From an uncultured delta proteobacterium (lineage in GTDB: Bacteria; Myxococcota_A; Polyangia; Haliangiales; Haliangiaceae), in the NCBI GenBank assembly GCA_963743525.1, contig CAVUQH010000004.1, positions 544,001 to 608,000 of the forward strand: a DNA stretch of 64,000 nt. Direction: 5' to 3'. The stretch's first letter is position 1; each line of letters opens with the position of its first letter. The notes under the pieces are model-generated. The model saw only the letters and a program-made list of their open reading frames with translations, made no database searches and had not been told where the DNA came from. Positions 1 to 10,697 of this stretch are shown one piece after another. A program made the position numbers and the translations under genes.

Positions 1-801
1 CAGCTCCTGCTCCCACGGCGGCAGCACCAGACCCAGCTGCCGGGCGCGGCGGTTGTCGAGGCGCGAATCCCGCGGCCGAGGCGCGCCGCCGAAACGCGCG
101 GCGGGAACGTCGCGGACCTCGGCCGGCACGCCGGCGATCTCGAGCAGCGCGCGCACCCACTCCAGCCGCGTGGCGCCGCCGCTGCAGACCACGTGCAGCG
201 GTCCGCTGACGGCCAGCTCGGCCAGCCGGCGCAAGCCACGCGCCGCCGCGCGCGCCGACGTCGGCACCCCGGACTGCGCGGCGGAGACCTCGACGGCGCG
301 GTCGCGACGGGCGCGGTCGATCATCCGCGCGGCGAACCCGCGCTCGCGATCGTAGAGCCACGACACCCGGGCGACCAGCGCGCCGGGGCAGGCGTCGAGC
401 ACTTCACGCTCGCCCGCCCACTTGCTTGCGCCGTAGACATTGAGCGGATCGGGGCGGTCGTCCTCGGTCAGCGGCCGGCCGCGGTCGGCGCCGAAGACGT
501 AGTCGGTGGAGACGGCGATCAGGCGCGCACCGGCCGCCGCCGCCGCCCGCGCGACCCGGGCGCTGCCGACGACGTTGACGCGATGGGCGGTCTCCGGCTC
601 GCGCTCGCAACGGTCGACGTCGGTGATGGCGGCGCAGTGGATGACCGCGTCGGGGCGCGCCTCCGCGATCGCCGCGGCCACCTCGCCGTCGCGGGTGAGG
701 TCAACCTCGCGCGACGGCGGCGCCAGCAGCTGGTCGCCGGCGCACGCCGCCTGCACCGCGCCGCCGAGCAGACCACTACCGCCGGTCAGGAAGATCCTCA
801 T
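1..801 (-). CDS. rmlD: dTDP-4-dehydrorhamnose reductase (3' end runs off window)
   Basis: Minus strand from 801 reads MRIFLTGGSGLLG (Rossmann motif), then AVIHCAAITDVD and PLNVYGASKWAGE; overlaps rmlC. Confidence 0.9.
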   Translation of the reverse strand, partial: MRIFLTGGSGLLGGAVQAACAGDQLLAPPSREVDLTRDGEVAAAIAEARPDAVIHCAAITDVDRCEREPETAHRVNVVGSARVARAAAAAGARLIAVSTDYVFGADRGRPLTEDDRPDPLNVYGASKWAGEREVLDACPGALVARVSWLYDRERGFAARMIDRARRDRAVEVSAAQSGVPTSARAAARGLRRLAELAVSGPLHVVCSGGATRLEWVRALLEIAGVPAEVRDVPAARFGGAPRPRDSRLDNRRARQLGLVLPPWEQEL

Positions 802-1321
802 CGTCCAGATCTCGAAGCCGAGGCAGCGCAGCGTCGCGGGCCGACACGATCGGCGACCGGTCGAGCGGCCAGTCGATGGCCAGCTGCGGATCGTCCCAGC
901 GCACGCCGCGCTGACCGCGCGGCTGGTACGGCTCGCTGAGCGCGTAGACCACGTCGCAGTCGCCGTCGAGGGCGAGGAAGCCGTGGGCGAACCCGGGCGG
1001 AATCCACAGCCCGTCGCCGGCGCCGAGCTCGACCGCCACGTGCCGGCCAAAGGTGTCGCTGCCCGCGCGGACGTCAACGGCGACGTCGAAGACGCGCCCG
1101 CGAGTGACCCACACCTGCTTGCCCTGCGCCGGCAGCTGCCAGTGCAGCCCGCGCAGCGCGCCGGCCGCCGAACGGGTCAGGTTGATCTGGCGAATCGGGC
1201 CGAAGCAGCCCGCTGCGCCGCCGGAATCGCGAAACAGCTCGCGCAGCTCTCCGCGCTCGTCTCGGTGCACCGCCGGGGCCAGCATGCGCACGCCGGGCAG
1301 GTCGGTGTCGATCACCTGCAC
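776..1321 (-). CDS. rmlC: dTDP-4-dehydrorhamnose 3,5-epimerase
   Basis: Motifs DERG, LRGLHWQ, FDVAVDVR, WIPPGFAHGFL, WDDPQLAIDWP; GTG start inferred. Confidence 0.93.
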   Translation of the reverse strand: MQVIDTDLPGVRMLAPAVHRDERGELRELFRDSGGAAGCFGPIRQINLTRSAAGALRGLHWQLPAQGKQVWVTRGRVFDVAVDVRAGSDTFGRHVAVELGAGDGLWIPPGFAHGFLALDGDCDVVYALSEPYQPRGQRGVRWDDPQLAIDWPLDRSPIVSARDAALPRLRDLDDEDLPDRR

Positions 1322-1397
1322 GGGCCGAGCATAGCAGCAGTCTCGCCGGCGCTGCCTCGGCGATTTCGCCCATCCTCCCTTACAATCCCAGGGCCCC

Positions 1398-4289
1398 ATG
1401 CCCCGCGATCCAGATCAGTCGGACGAGCGCCGCCCCGCGGCCCAGGCCATCGGCGAGGGCGACACGGTGATGGCCACTCCCGCCGACGACCTGGCGGCGC
1501 TGCCAACCGACTACGTGGCGACGCCGGCCGAGGTCCCCGCCGCGCGCCGGCAGCGCCCTGCCCTGCCCGAGCGCGGCAACACCCTGGGACGGTTCGTGGT
1601 CCTCGACCTGCTCGGCCAGGGCGGCTTCGGCGTGGTGCTGGCCGCCTACGATCCCGATCTCGATCGCAAGGTCGCGCTCAAGTTGATCCAGCCGACGCTG
1701 TTCCTCGCCGTCGGCGCCGACGACGCGCGCCAGCGGCTGCTGCGCGAAGCCCGCGCGCTGGCCCGGCTGTCGCATCCCAACGTGGTCGCCGTGCACGAGA
1801 TCGGCACGCTCGACGACGCGGTCTTCATCGCCATGGAGTTCGTGCCCGGCCAGACCTTGCGCGCGTGGCTGCGCGAGCGTCCGCCGCGCGAGCGCGTGCT
1901 CGAGGTCTTTGCAGCCGCCGGCCGCGGCCTTGCCGCCGCCCACCGCGCCGGCATCGTCCACCGCGACTTCAAGCCGGACAACGTGATGATCGCGGCCGAC
2001 GGGCGGGTGCGCGTGCTCGACTTCGGTCTGGCGCGGGCGGGCGGCGAGTCACACCCGCCGCGCTCCGGCGCGCCCCTGCCCCGTCCGCGCGACGACGGCG
2101 ACAGCTTGAGCGTGGAGATCACCCAGGCCGGCGCGGTGCTCGGCACGCCGGCGTACATGGCACCGGAGCAACACCGCGGCCAGCCGGCCGATGCGCGCTC
2201 GGATCAGTTCGCGTTCTGCGTGGCGCTGTACGAGGCGCTGTACGGCGCCCGCCCCTTCCCCGGCAACAGCGTGTCGGCGGTGGCCGACGCAGTAACCCGC
2301 GGCGAGCTGACGCCGCCGCCGCCCGGCTCCGGGGTGCCGCCGTCGATCGAGCGCGCGCTGCTGCGCGGCCTGGCCACCGAGCCCGGCGATCGCCACCCGT
2401 CGATGGAGGCGCTGCTCGAGCACCTGGAGCGCACACCGCGGCGCGAAGCCGAAGACCTGCTCGTCGGCAGCTGGGATGACGACGTCCGCCGCGCAGTGCA
2501 CGACGCCCTGGCCGCGGTCGGCGCCGAGGCGGTCGCGACTCGCGTGTGCGAGCGCCTCGACGCCTACGCCGCCGCGTGGATACAGGCGTACGCCGCCGCG
2601 CGCGAGGCCCAGGACAGCGGCGCGAGCGGGCGGGCGCACACACGCACCGCGTGGCTGTTGGCGCGCGTCGACGAGCTGGCGGCCCTGGCCGAGGTGCTCG
2701 CCGGTGCCGACGCCACCATCGCCGACCACGCCACCGAGGCGTGCCAGCGGCTGCCGTCGCTCGACGCCGACGCACGCGCCACCGCCGAGCCGGAGCCGCC
2801 GCGCTCGTCCGAGCTGCGCGCGCAGGTGACGCGGCAGCGTATGCGCCTGGGCCGCGCGCGTTCGCTGGCCGACACCGGCAAGTACGAGCGAGCCCTGGCC
2901 GAAGCGCGCGCGGTGCTGAGCGAAACCGAAGCCATCGACTACCCGCCGATCGCAGCCGAGGCGATGGCTGCCACCGGCGAGCTGGCAGCGCGCGCCGGTG
3001 ACACCGCCGCCGCCGAGCCGCTGCTGGTTGACGCGACCATGGCCGCCGACGCCTGCGGCCACGACGCGCTGCGCGTGCGCGCGATGACCCAGCTCATCGC
3101 GGTCGTCGGCGATGCCATGGCCCGCCCCGACGACGGTGAGCGATGGGCGCGCATGGCCGCCGCCGCCGCCCATCGCACCGGCGACGATCCGCTGACTGCC
3201 GGTCGCATCCGCCTGGCCCGGGCGCGGGTGTCGATCCGCGGCGGCCAGTATCCGCGTGCGCGCGACGAGGCCCGCGCCGCCGCCGACACCATCGCCGCGG
3301 CCCACGGCACCGGCGATCATCCCGAGGTCGCCGAGGCGCTGACCGCGCTGGGCGACGCGCTGCGCGAGCTCGGCGACTGGCCGGCCGCGGAAGCCGCGCT
3401 GGCGCGCGCGCTGGAGGTGCGCGAGCGGCTCCTCGGCCGCGGCCATCCGCACCTGGCCCAGTCGCTGTCGGCGCTGGGCGTCCTGCAGGCGGCGCGCGGT
3501 GCCTACGCCGAGGCGCTGGGCTACCACCAGCGCGCGGTCGCGGTGGCCGAGGCAGCGCTTGCACCCGACCACGCGGCGCTGGCCGGCTATCTCGAGTACC
3601 TCGGCGAGGCGTACACCTTGCTCGGCCGCCACGCCGACGCCATCGCGCCGCTCGAGCGGGCGCTGGCCGCGCGCGAGCGCGCCCTCGGTCCCGACCACCC
3701 CGACATCGCCAACGCGCTGACGCAACTGGGGCGGACGATGCGGGCCATGGGTCGATTCGAAGACGCCCGCGCCGCTTACCAGCGCGCACTCGACGTGCGC
3801 GTCGCCGCCCTGGGCGATGACCACCCGGAGGTCGCCGCGTGCGAGAACAACCTGGGCATGGCGCTGATGAGCCTGGGCGATCATGCCGGCGCGCGCGAGC
3901 ACCACGGTCGGGCGCTGGCGATCCGCGAGGCGCGACTGGGTCCGACGCACCCGACGACCGCCAACTCGCTGACCAACGTCGGTCGCGCGTGCGTGGCGCT
4001 CGGCCGACTCGACGAAGCCGAGGACGCTCTCGGCCGCGCAGTGGCGATCTGGGAGGCGACCGGTCACCACTTTCTGTCGTACGCGCTGCACGCCCTGGGC
4101 AACGCGCGGCAGGCCCGCGGCGACACCACCGGCGCGCTCGACTACTACCGGCGCGCGCTGGCGATCCGCGAAGCGGCGCTGGGCGCCGACCATCCCACCG
4201 TCGCCGAGATCCTCCGCGACCTGCTGGTCGCGCAGGAGAGCGCCGGCCTCGATGCCGACGCCGCGACCACTCGCGCGCGCCTGGGTTAG
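1398..4289 (+). CDS. Ser/Thr protein kinase with C-terminal TPR repeats
   Basis: GQGGFG, VALK, HRDFKPDN, DFGLA, GTPAYMAPE; kinesin-light-chain-like TPRs (LGPDHPDIA). Confidence 0.93.
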   Translation: MPRDPDQSDERRPAAQAIGEGDTVMATPADDLAALPTDYVATPAEVPAARRQRPALPERGNTLGRFVVLDLLGQGGFGVVLAAYDPDLDRKVALKLIQPTLFLAVGADDARQRLLREARALARLSHPNVVAVHEIGTLDDAVFIAMEFVPGQTLRAWLRERPPRERVLEVFAAAGRGLAAAHRAGIVHRDFKPDNVMIAADGRVRVLDFGLARAGGESHPPRSGAPLPRPRDDGDSLSVEITQAGAVLGTPAYMAPEQHRGQPADARSDQFAFCVALYEALYGARPFPGNSVSAVADAVTRGELTPPPPGSGVPPSIERALLRGLATEPGDRHPSMEALLEHLERTPRREAEDLLVGSWDDDVRRAVHDALAAVGAEAVATRVCERLDAYAAAWIQAYAAAREAQDSGASGRAHTRTAWLLARVDELAALAEVLAGADATIADHATEACQRLPSLDADARATAEPEPPRSSELRAQVTRQRMRLGRARSLADTGKYERALAEARAVLSETEAIDYPPIAAEAMAATGELAARAGDTAAAEPLLVDATMAADACGHDALRVRAMTQLIAVVGDAMARPDDGERWARMAAAAAHRTGDDPLTAGRIRLARARVSIRGGQYPRARDEARAAADTIAAAHGTGDHPEVAEALTALGDALRELGDWPAAEAALARALEVRERLLGRGHPHLAQSLSALGVLQAARGAYAEALGYHQRAVAVAEAALAPDHAALAGYLEYLGEAYTLLGRHADAIAPLERALAARERALGPDHPDIANALTQLGRTMRAMGRFEDARAAYQRALDVRVAALGDDHPEVAACENNLGMALMSLGDHAGAREHHGRALAIREARLGPTHPTTANSLTNVGRACVALGRLDEAEDALGRAVAIWEATGHHFLSYALHALGNARQARGDTTGALDYYRRALAIREAALGADHPTVAEILRDLLVAQESAGLDADAATTRARLG

Positions 4290-4415
4290 CCGGCCGATAT
4301 GCGCCTACACCGACACCGCATCCGAGAAAGGTGCGGGAGCGAACGCGCGTTTCGCGTCGAGCAGGCCGCCCGGCAGAGCTGATATCCTCGCGGGGTGCGA
4401 CTCCACACCTCTGTC

Positions 4416-4865
4416 ATGAAGCTCTTCTGTGCCGCCGCACTGCTCGCGACCGTGGCCGTGTCCCGACCGGCCGCGGCCAACCCCGGGCTCCGCGGCGGCG
4501 TCACCAGCCGACCGGACACCCTGTTCCTCGGCTTCCAGTACGACGCGCTGATCTCGCGCGGCCGCAGCCTGGCGTTCGTCTTCCAGCCGGGCATCGACGT
4601 CGGCTTCAACGACAACCTGTTCCTGATCCGCGGCACCGGCCACTTCGCCTTCTGGATCCCGGTCGGCCGCAGCCCACACGTGTACCTCTACCCGCTGATC
4701 GGCGTGAGCGGCACGTACTACAACTTCAAGGACCCGGGCGGCGACGACACCGGCATCGGCATGGACCTCGGCTTCGGCATGCGCATCAACCAGTTCGGCT
4801 TCGAGTTCTGGGGCAGCTTCCGCGACGCCCCTGACCTCACCCTCGCCTTCTCGATCAGTTTCTAG
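4416..4865 (+). CDS. Small outer-membrane beta-barrel protein
   Basis: Signal peptide, amphipathic strands, C-terminal Phe. Confidence 0.65.
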   Translation: MKLFCAAALLATVAVSRPAAANPGLRGGVTSRPDTLFLGFQYDALISRGRSLAFVFQPGIDVGFNDNLFLIRGTGHFAFWIPVGRSPHVYLYPLIGVSGTYYNFKDPGGDDTGIGMDLGFGMRINQFGFEFWGSFRDAPDLTLAFSISF

Positions 4866-5788
4866 TGCGGATCGCCGGACTGCTGGTCGCCGCCGTTCTC
4901 GCCGTGGCGCCGGCGCGCGCCTGGGCCGAGCCACACACGGGTGGCGGCAGGCAGGAAGGCGGCGGCAAGATCGAGCACGCCCGCCAGAACGTGCACCGCG
5001 ACGAGCGCGGCGCGGTGCGCGACCACCGGCGCGGGTCGACGGGCGATGACGACGACGGCTGCGACTACGATTGCGACGACGACGATGACGACAGCGACTC
5101 GCTGGCCGGGCTGCTGACCCTCTACGTCTTCACCGTGCCGTTCTGGCTGCCGTCGGGATTGATGGGTGACTGGCCAACCCTGCCCGGCGGCCGGCGCTAC
5201 GCCTATCTCGACTATCCCTATGCCGGCGGCGCCCCCGGTCGCTATCGCTTCATCCCCCGCGACCAGCACGGCGCCCCGCTCGAGGACAACCCGTGGCAGA
5301 TGCAGGTCGACGTCCTGGCGTCCTACGAGCGCCACGCGAGCAACTTCGACGGCCAGCGACTGGCCGCCGGCCTGACGACCAACCGGCGCATCGGCTTCGA
5401 CGCCGCGCTGACCCGCTACGACGAGACCCTCGCCAGCGGCGCCACCGACCACCTGTGGCAGTACCAGCTGGCGCTGAGCTACGCCTTCGCCGTGGCCGAG
5501 CACGCGACCATGTCGGCGGCGATGGGCATGCGCGGCGCCCGCTTCGCGGCCGGCGACCACCGCCTGGGATTCCTGTTTCGCTACGGCTTCGAGGCCTGGC
5601 CGGTTCGCCCGTTGCATCTGTGGGCCGTCGGCGAGATCGGCAACGTCAGCGACTCGTTTGCCGGCGAGCTGGAGGGTGGCGTCGGCGCCGTGCTGCAACG
5701 GTTCGAGCTGTTCGCCGGCTACCGCGCGTTCCGCCTGGCCGGGGTCACCTTCTCCGGCCCGGAGCTGGGACTGATCGTCTGGATGTAG
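4865..5788 (+). CDS. Secreted/outer-membrane hypothetical protein
   Basis: Signal peptide, acidic linker, beta-barrel-like C-terminus; coupled to upstream gene. Confidence 0.6.
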   Translation: MRIAGLLVAAVLAVAPARAWAEPHTGGGRQEGGGKIEHARQNVHRDERGAVRDHRRGSTGDDDDGCDYDCDDDDDDSDSLAGLLTLYVFTVPFWLPSGLMGDWPTLPGGRRYAYLDYPYAGGAPGRYRFIPRDQHGAPLEDNPWQMQVDVLASYERHASNFDGQRLAAGLTTNRRIGFDAALTRYDETLASGATDHLWQYQLALSYAFAVAEHATMSAAMGMRGARFAAGDHRLGFLFRYGFEAWPVRPLHLWAVGEIGNVSDSFAGELEGGVGAVLQRFELFAGYRAFRLAGVTFSGPELGLIVWM

Positions 5789-5878
5789 CTGGTTGGGGGC
5801 AGCTGTCCACGCCGCCTGGCAGCTGGAGTGTCCGGGGCGCAGCGCTCGCAACTAGCTTGAATCGCAGACGCGACTGCG

Positions 5879-5894
5879 CGGCATGTGCCTTGCA
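5879..5894 (+). promoter_or_regulatory. sigma54-type -24/-12 promoter
   Basis: CGGCAT-GTGCC-TTGCA (GG-N10-GC), just upstream of ATG 5907. Confidence 0.6.
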
Positions 5895-5906
5895 GCCTGT
5901 CCGGCC

Positions 5907-7538
5907 ATGCAGACCCGCCTCCTCCTCGCGGCCACTCTCCTCGCCCACGTCGCCTGCACCACTGCCCCCGCCCCCGACCCGGGCGACATCGAAGACGGCG
6001 TCGCCGTGCCCCAGGGCAAGGAAGACGACTTCCTCAGTCTGTCGGCCTACGAGTACGTGCTCGAAGGGCGCACCTCGGTCACCGTCGAGCCCGACGTCAT
6101 CGCCCAGGGACAGGAGGCGGTCGACGCCCGGGTGCGCGAGCTGATCGGCCTCAAGCAGATCGCCGTCGCCTGGTTCATCACCCAGTACCTGGTGGCCAAG
6201 GAGTCCGAGGATTCGAACGCCGACTACGGCGGCTTCGGCGGCATGGCCAAGGCCGGCGACTACGAAGACCTCGACGTCACCCCGGTCGGCGACGGCGTGT
6301 ACGAGTTCACCATGCGCCAGACCATCGCCGGCCGGCAAGACCTGATCAGCAAGCTGCCGATCAGCTCCGAGTCGGGCGGTCGCGCCTACTTCGACCTGAC
6401 CGTCGGCAAGCCGAGCAACACCGAGATGGCCAGGCTCGAGACCAACTACGAGTGGTACCGCAACGCTCCGTGGTCGAGCTGGGACCCGTCCAAGGCCGCC
6501 GACGACCAGAAGGAAGTGATCAACTTCGCCATCGAACGCGACCGCGACTCGACCGACGCCTGGTTCGACTACAACTCGATGTTCGAGGACGGCGTGGTCA
6601 ACATCGACATCTTCTTCGGCTGGGACTACCACGACGACTATCACATCAAGCACGCCCGCGACCTGTTCAACTGGCTGAAGAACGACCGCGGCTTCACCCC
6701 GCCGGTCGACAGCTTCGACCAGCTCGACCGCACCAGCGGGCCGTTCACCCGCACCATCGAGGCCAACGGCCGCGAGATCCGGGTCGAGGTCCGCCTCTAC
6801 TACGGCAAGACCGGCACCGACACCGATCCGGACACCGACGCCGGCGGCCGCCAGCTCGAGGCCGACGCTCGCGCGTCGCTGGCCACCCGCGACGTCTTCA
6901 TCTACTCCGGCCACTCCGGCCCGTTCTACGGCTTCGCCCTGGCCAACTGGCGCAAGACACTGGAGGGTGACCTCGACGACTCGGAGATGAGCTCGCTCGA
7001 GCTGCCGTCCAAGTACCAGATCGTCTTCGCCGAGGGCTGCGACACCTACGGCATCGGCGAAGCGCTGCGCTCCAATCCCAACAAGCCGGACGGCACCAAC
7101 CTGGACGTCATCACCACCACCTCGTTCTCCAACGCCGCGACTCCGGCGTCGGCCGAGGATTTCATCTCGCGGCTGATCGAGCGCGACTCCCACGGCCGCC
7201 ACCGCCCGCGCACCATCAAGTCGCTGCTCAGCGATCTCGACGGCAACTCGTACTGGTTCCACACCATGTACGGCATCCATGGCATCGACGACGATCCGGC
7301 GCTGCACCCGTACGCCAACACCGAGGCGCTGTGCCAGTCCTGCTCGGCCAACGCCGACTGCGGCGGCGTCGGCAACATGTGCATCGGTATCGGCCAGTCC
7401 AGCGGCAAGCACTGCGCGGCGGCCTGCACCGACGACCGCGGCTGCCCGGACGGCTACACCTGCGCTGCCGTTGCCTCGTCCTCGGCGGGTGGCATTTACG
7501 GCCACGCCTGCGTGCCCCAGAGCTGGACCTGCGAGTAA
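5907..7538 (+). CDS. Lipoprotein with putative clan CD-like His/Cys peptidase motifs and Cys-rich tail
   Basis: Lipobox-like HVAC; FIYSGHSG and IVFAEGCDT; strong codon bias. Confidence 0.7.
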   Translation: MQTRLLLAATLLAHVACTTAPAPDPGDIEDGVAVPQGKEDDFLSLSAYEYVLEGRTSVTVEPDVIAQGQEAVDARVRELIGLKQIAVAWFITQYLVAKESEDSNADYGGFGGMAKAGDYEDLDVTPVGDGVYEFTMRQTIAGRQDLISKLPISSESGGRAYFDLTVGKPSNTEMARLETNYEWYRNAPWSSWDPSKAADDQKEVINFAIERDRDSTDAWFDYNSMFEDGVVNIDIFFGWDYHDDYHIKHARDLFNWLKNDRGFTPPVDSFDQLDRTSGPFTRTIEANGREIRVEVRLYYGKTGTDTDPDTDAGGRQLEADARASLATRDVFIYSGHSGPFYGFALANWRKTLEGDLDDSEMSSLELPSKYQIVFAEGCDTYGIGEALRSNPNKPDGTNLDVITTTSFSNAATPASAEDFISRLIERDSHGRHRPRTIKSLLSDLDGNSYWFHTMYGIHGIDDDPALHPYANTEALCQSCSANADCGGVGNMCIGIGQSSGKHCAAACTDDRGCPDGYTCAAVASSSAGGIYGHACVPQSWTCE

Positions 7539-7616
7539 TCTCGGGCAGATCGCCGATGGGGGTCAACGTCGCGGTACAACCGTATGACGATAGGTCGAAC
7601 CACTGCGACCACCCTG

Positions 7617-8736
7617 ATGCGACCTCCCCCCCTGCACAGCGCCGCCATCGCCCTGGCCCTGCTGGCCGCCTGCGCCAGCTCGGACGCCAACAACGGCGCC
7701 GTGGACGCGTCCACGAGCGGCCCTCCGGCCGATGCCGCGACCGCTGACGCCCGGCCCGACGCGGCGCCTGCTGACGCCGCGGGACCGGACGCGCGCACGG
7801 GCGAGTGCGTCGGCAAGAGCGACGGAACCCCGTGCGGCGACCAGACCGACAGGGACTGCGACCATCCCGACACCTGCCTCAACGAGGCGTGTCAGCCCAA
7901 CGTCGATCCGCTCAACACGCCGTGCGGCGACCAGTCGACCACCGAGTGCACGCAGCCGGACAGCTGCGACGGCCTCGGCGGCTGCCAGCCCAACGACGTG
8001 GCGCTTGACACCCCGTGCGGCGACCCCACCTCGACCACCTGCAACGGTCGCGACGTGTGCGACGGCAGCGGCGCTTGCTCGCCCCAGCTGGCGACCATCG
8101 GAACGCCGTGTGGCAACAGCAGCAACAGTCAGTGCGACGGCGCCGACGGCTGCGACGGCGCCGGCACCTGCGTGAGCAACCTGGCCGTCAACGGCACCAG
8201 CTGCACCGATTGTCTCGGGCCGCCGTGCGATACCTGCGAGGCCGGCACCTGCACCTGCCGGTCGGCGTCGGTCACCACCACGACCGCCGCGGGCAACGGC
8301 TTCGACGGCAACATGTTCGACGTTACTGCGCTCAACACCATCTCGGTGCGCAAGGTTTCGGTCCTGCTCGCTGCCGGCTCCTACACCGTCGAGATCTACT
8401 TCCGCGCCGGCACCTACGTCGGCCACGAGACCAGCGCCACCGGCTGGAGCCTGGTCGGCAGCGCCGCGGTCACCTCGACCGGCGTCACGTCGCTGACCCC
8501 GGTGCCAATCGCCCTCGACCTGCAGCTCGTCGGCGGCCAGACCTACGGCTTCTACATCACCACCACCGGAGGACGGGAGATGAAGTACACCGACGGCACC
8601 GCGGTCGGCAACGTCTACGCCTCCGATGCCAACGTGCAGATCAAAGAGGGCTGGGGCGGCGCCTACGCCTTCGGCACCGGCTAACACGCCGCGGGTGTGG
8701 AACGGCAAGCTGGTCTACGACCTGTGCCCGCCGTAG
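7617..8736 (+). CDS. Cys-rich (disintegrin-like) repeat lipoprotein with C-terminal beta domain; frameshift near 8682
   Basis: LAAC lipobox; repeats TPCGDxxxxxCxxxDxCDG; ORF stops at 8684 but the +1 frame continues NTPRVWNGKLVYDLCPP* to 8736. Confidence 0.7.
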
Positions 8737-8737
8737 C

Positions 8738-10630
8738 CTAGTCGTCGGCGTCTTCGCCGAGGACGGTGCGGACGTGATCGACCAGCTCGTCGGCCGAGAA
8801 CGGCTTCTGCACGAAGCGCACCCCTTGCGGCATGCCGCGGCGATCGCCGTCCTGCAGGTGGCCGGAGACCAGGATGACCGGCAGGTCGGGCCGTCGCGAC
8901 AGCAGCTTGCGGGCGAGATAGACGCCCGAGCGGCCGGGCATGACCACGTCGCTGACCAACAGGTCGATCGCGCTGAGCCGTTTCTTGGCCACCTCCAGCG
9001 CTTCCTCGGCCGACCGCGCCTGCACCACCCGGTAGCCGGCCTGGTCGAGCACCTCGGCCAGTACGCCGCGCACGCCGGAGACATCCTCGACCAGGAGCAA
9101 CGTCGGACGTCCGATCGACTCGGTCTTGGCCGCGACGCGCCGCGGCGCCGGGATGTCCGCGGCCGGTAGATAGACCGTGAACTCACTGCCGGAGTCCGGC
9201 TGGCTCGACAGCACGATGTGCCCGCCGCTCTGCGACACGATTCCGTAGACCCGAGCCAGCCCCAGGCCGGTGCCGGCGCCAAACGGCTTGGTGGTGAAGA
9301 ACGGCTCGAACACGCGCGCACGAGTCGCCTCGTCCATGCCGTGGCCGGTGTCGGCGACCGAGACCGTAATCCAGTGGCCGTCGGGAACGACGTCGGAGTC
9401 GCCGCGCACATCGCGGATGCAGGTGCGAAAGGTCAGCGTCCCGCCCTCGGGCATGGCGTCCCGCGCGTTGAGCGCCAGGTTCATCAGCACTTGCTCGAGC
9501 TGCGCCGGATCGACCCGCGCCGCCGGCAGCTCCGAGGCGAGGTCGGTGCACACGGCCACCGTCGGCGGCACGTTGGAGCGAATGAGGCGAACGGCCCGGC
9601 TGACCAGCTCGTTGAGCTGCACCGCTTCCGGCCGCAACACCTGGCGACCGCCGAAGGCCAACAGCGCGTTGGTCAGCTCGGCCGCGCGATGCGAGGCGTG
9701 CTTGAGATCGTCAACGTGCTGGCGCAGGCGCGACCCCGGCTCCAGCTTCCGCGCCAGCAGATCGGTTGACGTCAGCATCACCGTGAGCAGATTGTTGAAG
9801 TCGTGGGCGATGCCGCCGGCCAGGCGACCGATCGATTCCATTTGTCGGGCGCGACGGAGCTGTTCTTCGAGCGAGTCGCGATCGGTGACGTCATGGACGA
9901 TCGATAGCAGCAGCAGCTCGCCGGCGATCTCGACGGGACCGGAGTAGACCTCGACATGCTTGACATCACCGCAGGCGGTGCGGTGGCGAAAGCGGAAGTA
10001 GCTGCGGCGCAGGTCGCGCGCCTTGTCCATCTCTGCTTGCACTTCCTCCGGTGTCAGCGTGTTGAGATCGGTGATGCGCATCGTGCGCAAGACCTCCAGT
10101 GGCCAGCCGTAGAACTCGGCAGCGGCGCGGTTGGCGTCGATGATGCGCCCGGTCTCCGGAGAGATGAGCAACTTGACCGCGGTGTTGACCTCGAAGATGG
10201 CGCGGTACAGCTCTTCGTTGGCGATCGTCTTCGGCTCACCCCGCTCGTCCTCGGAGCGATCGCGCATGAACGCGATCGAGTACCTCGCACCACCGGCGTC
10301 GCACGGGGTGCTGCGCACCTCGATGGGGAACTCTCGCCCGTCGCGGCGGATGCCGGTGACGGTCATCCACGCCGGCGTGGGCTCGCCGGCCGCACGGCGC
10401 CGGAAGACCTCGGCCACCATTTCTTGCGACACCGGGGCCACGACCTCGAGTACCGCCCGGCCGAGGAGCTCTTCCTCGGACTCGTAACCCAACAGCTGCA
10501 CCAGCGGCTGGTTGACCACCACGAAGCGCGCGTCACGCGTGACCACCACCGGGTCTGGCGAGCTGGCGAAGAGCTCTCGCAGTAGCGGCTCGATGACCGT
10601 CGGGGCCAGCGCGTGGGCCGGGTTGCTCAT
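8738..10630 (-). CDS. PAS-PAS hybrid histidine kinase with receiver domain
   Basis: GGIAHDFNNLL, NLALNARDAM, FFTTK, GTGLGL; receiver LLVED...SDVVMP. Confidence 0.95.
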   Translation of the reverse strand: MSNPAHALAPTVIEPLLRELFASSPDPVVVTRDARFVVVNQPLVQLLGYESEEELLGRAVLEVVAPVSQEMVAEVFRRRAAGEPTPAWMTVTGIRRDGREFPIEVRSTPCDAGGARYSIAFMRDRSEDERGEPKTIANEELYRAIFEVNTAVKLLISPETGRIIDANRAAAEFYGWPLEVLRTMRITDLNTLTPEEVQAEMDKARDLRRSYFRFRHRTACGDVKHVEVYSGPVEIAGELLLLSIVHDVTDRDSLEEQLRRARQMESIGRLAGGIAHDFNNLLTVMLTSTDLLARKLEPGSRLRQHVDDLKHASHRAAELTNALLAFGGRQVLRPEAVQLNELVSRAVRLIRSNVPPTVAVCTDLASELPAARVDPAQLEQVLMNLALNARDAMPEGGTLTFRTCIRDVRGDSDVVPDGHWITVSVADTGHGMDEATRARVFEPFFTTKPFGAGTGLGLARVYGIVSQSGGHIVLSSQPDSGSEFTVYLPAADIPAPRRVAAKTESIGRPTLLLVEDVSGVRGVLAEVLDQAGYRVVQARSAEEALEVAKKRLSAIDLLVSDVVMPGRSGVYLARKLLSRRPDLPVILVSGHLQDGDRRGMPQGVRFVQKPFSADELVDHVRTVLGEDADD

Positions 10631-10697
10631 TCCCTCGGATCGTAACGGATCTATCGTCGTTCGACGAGCGGCTCGTCGCCCGTACCGCTCACCAGGG

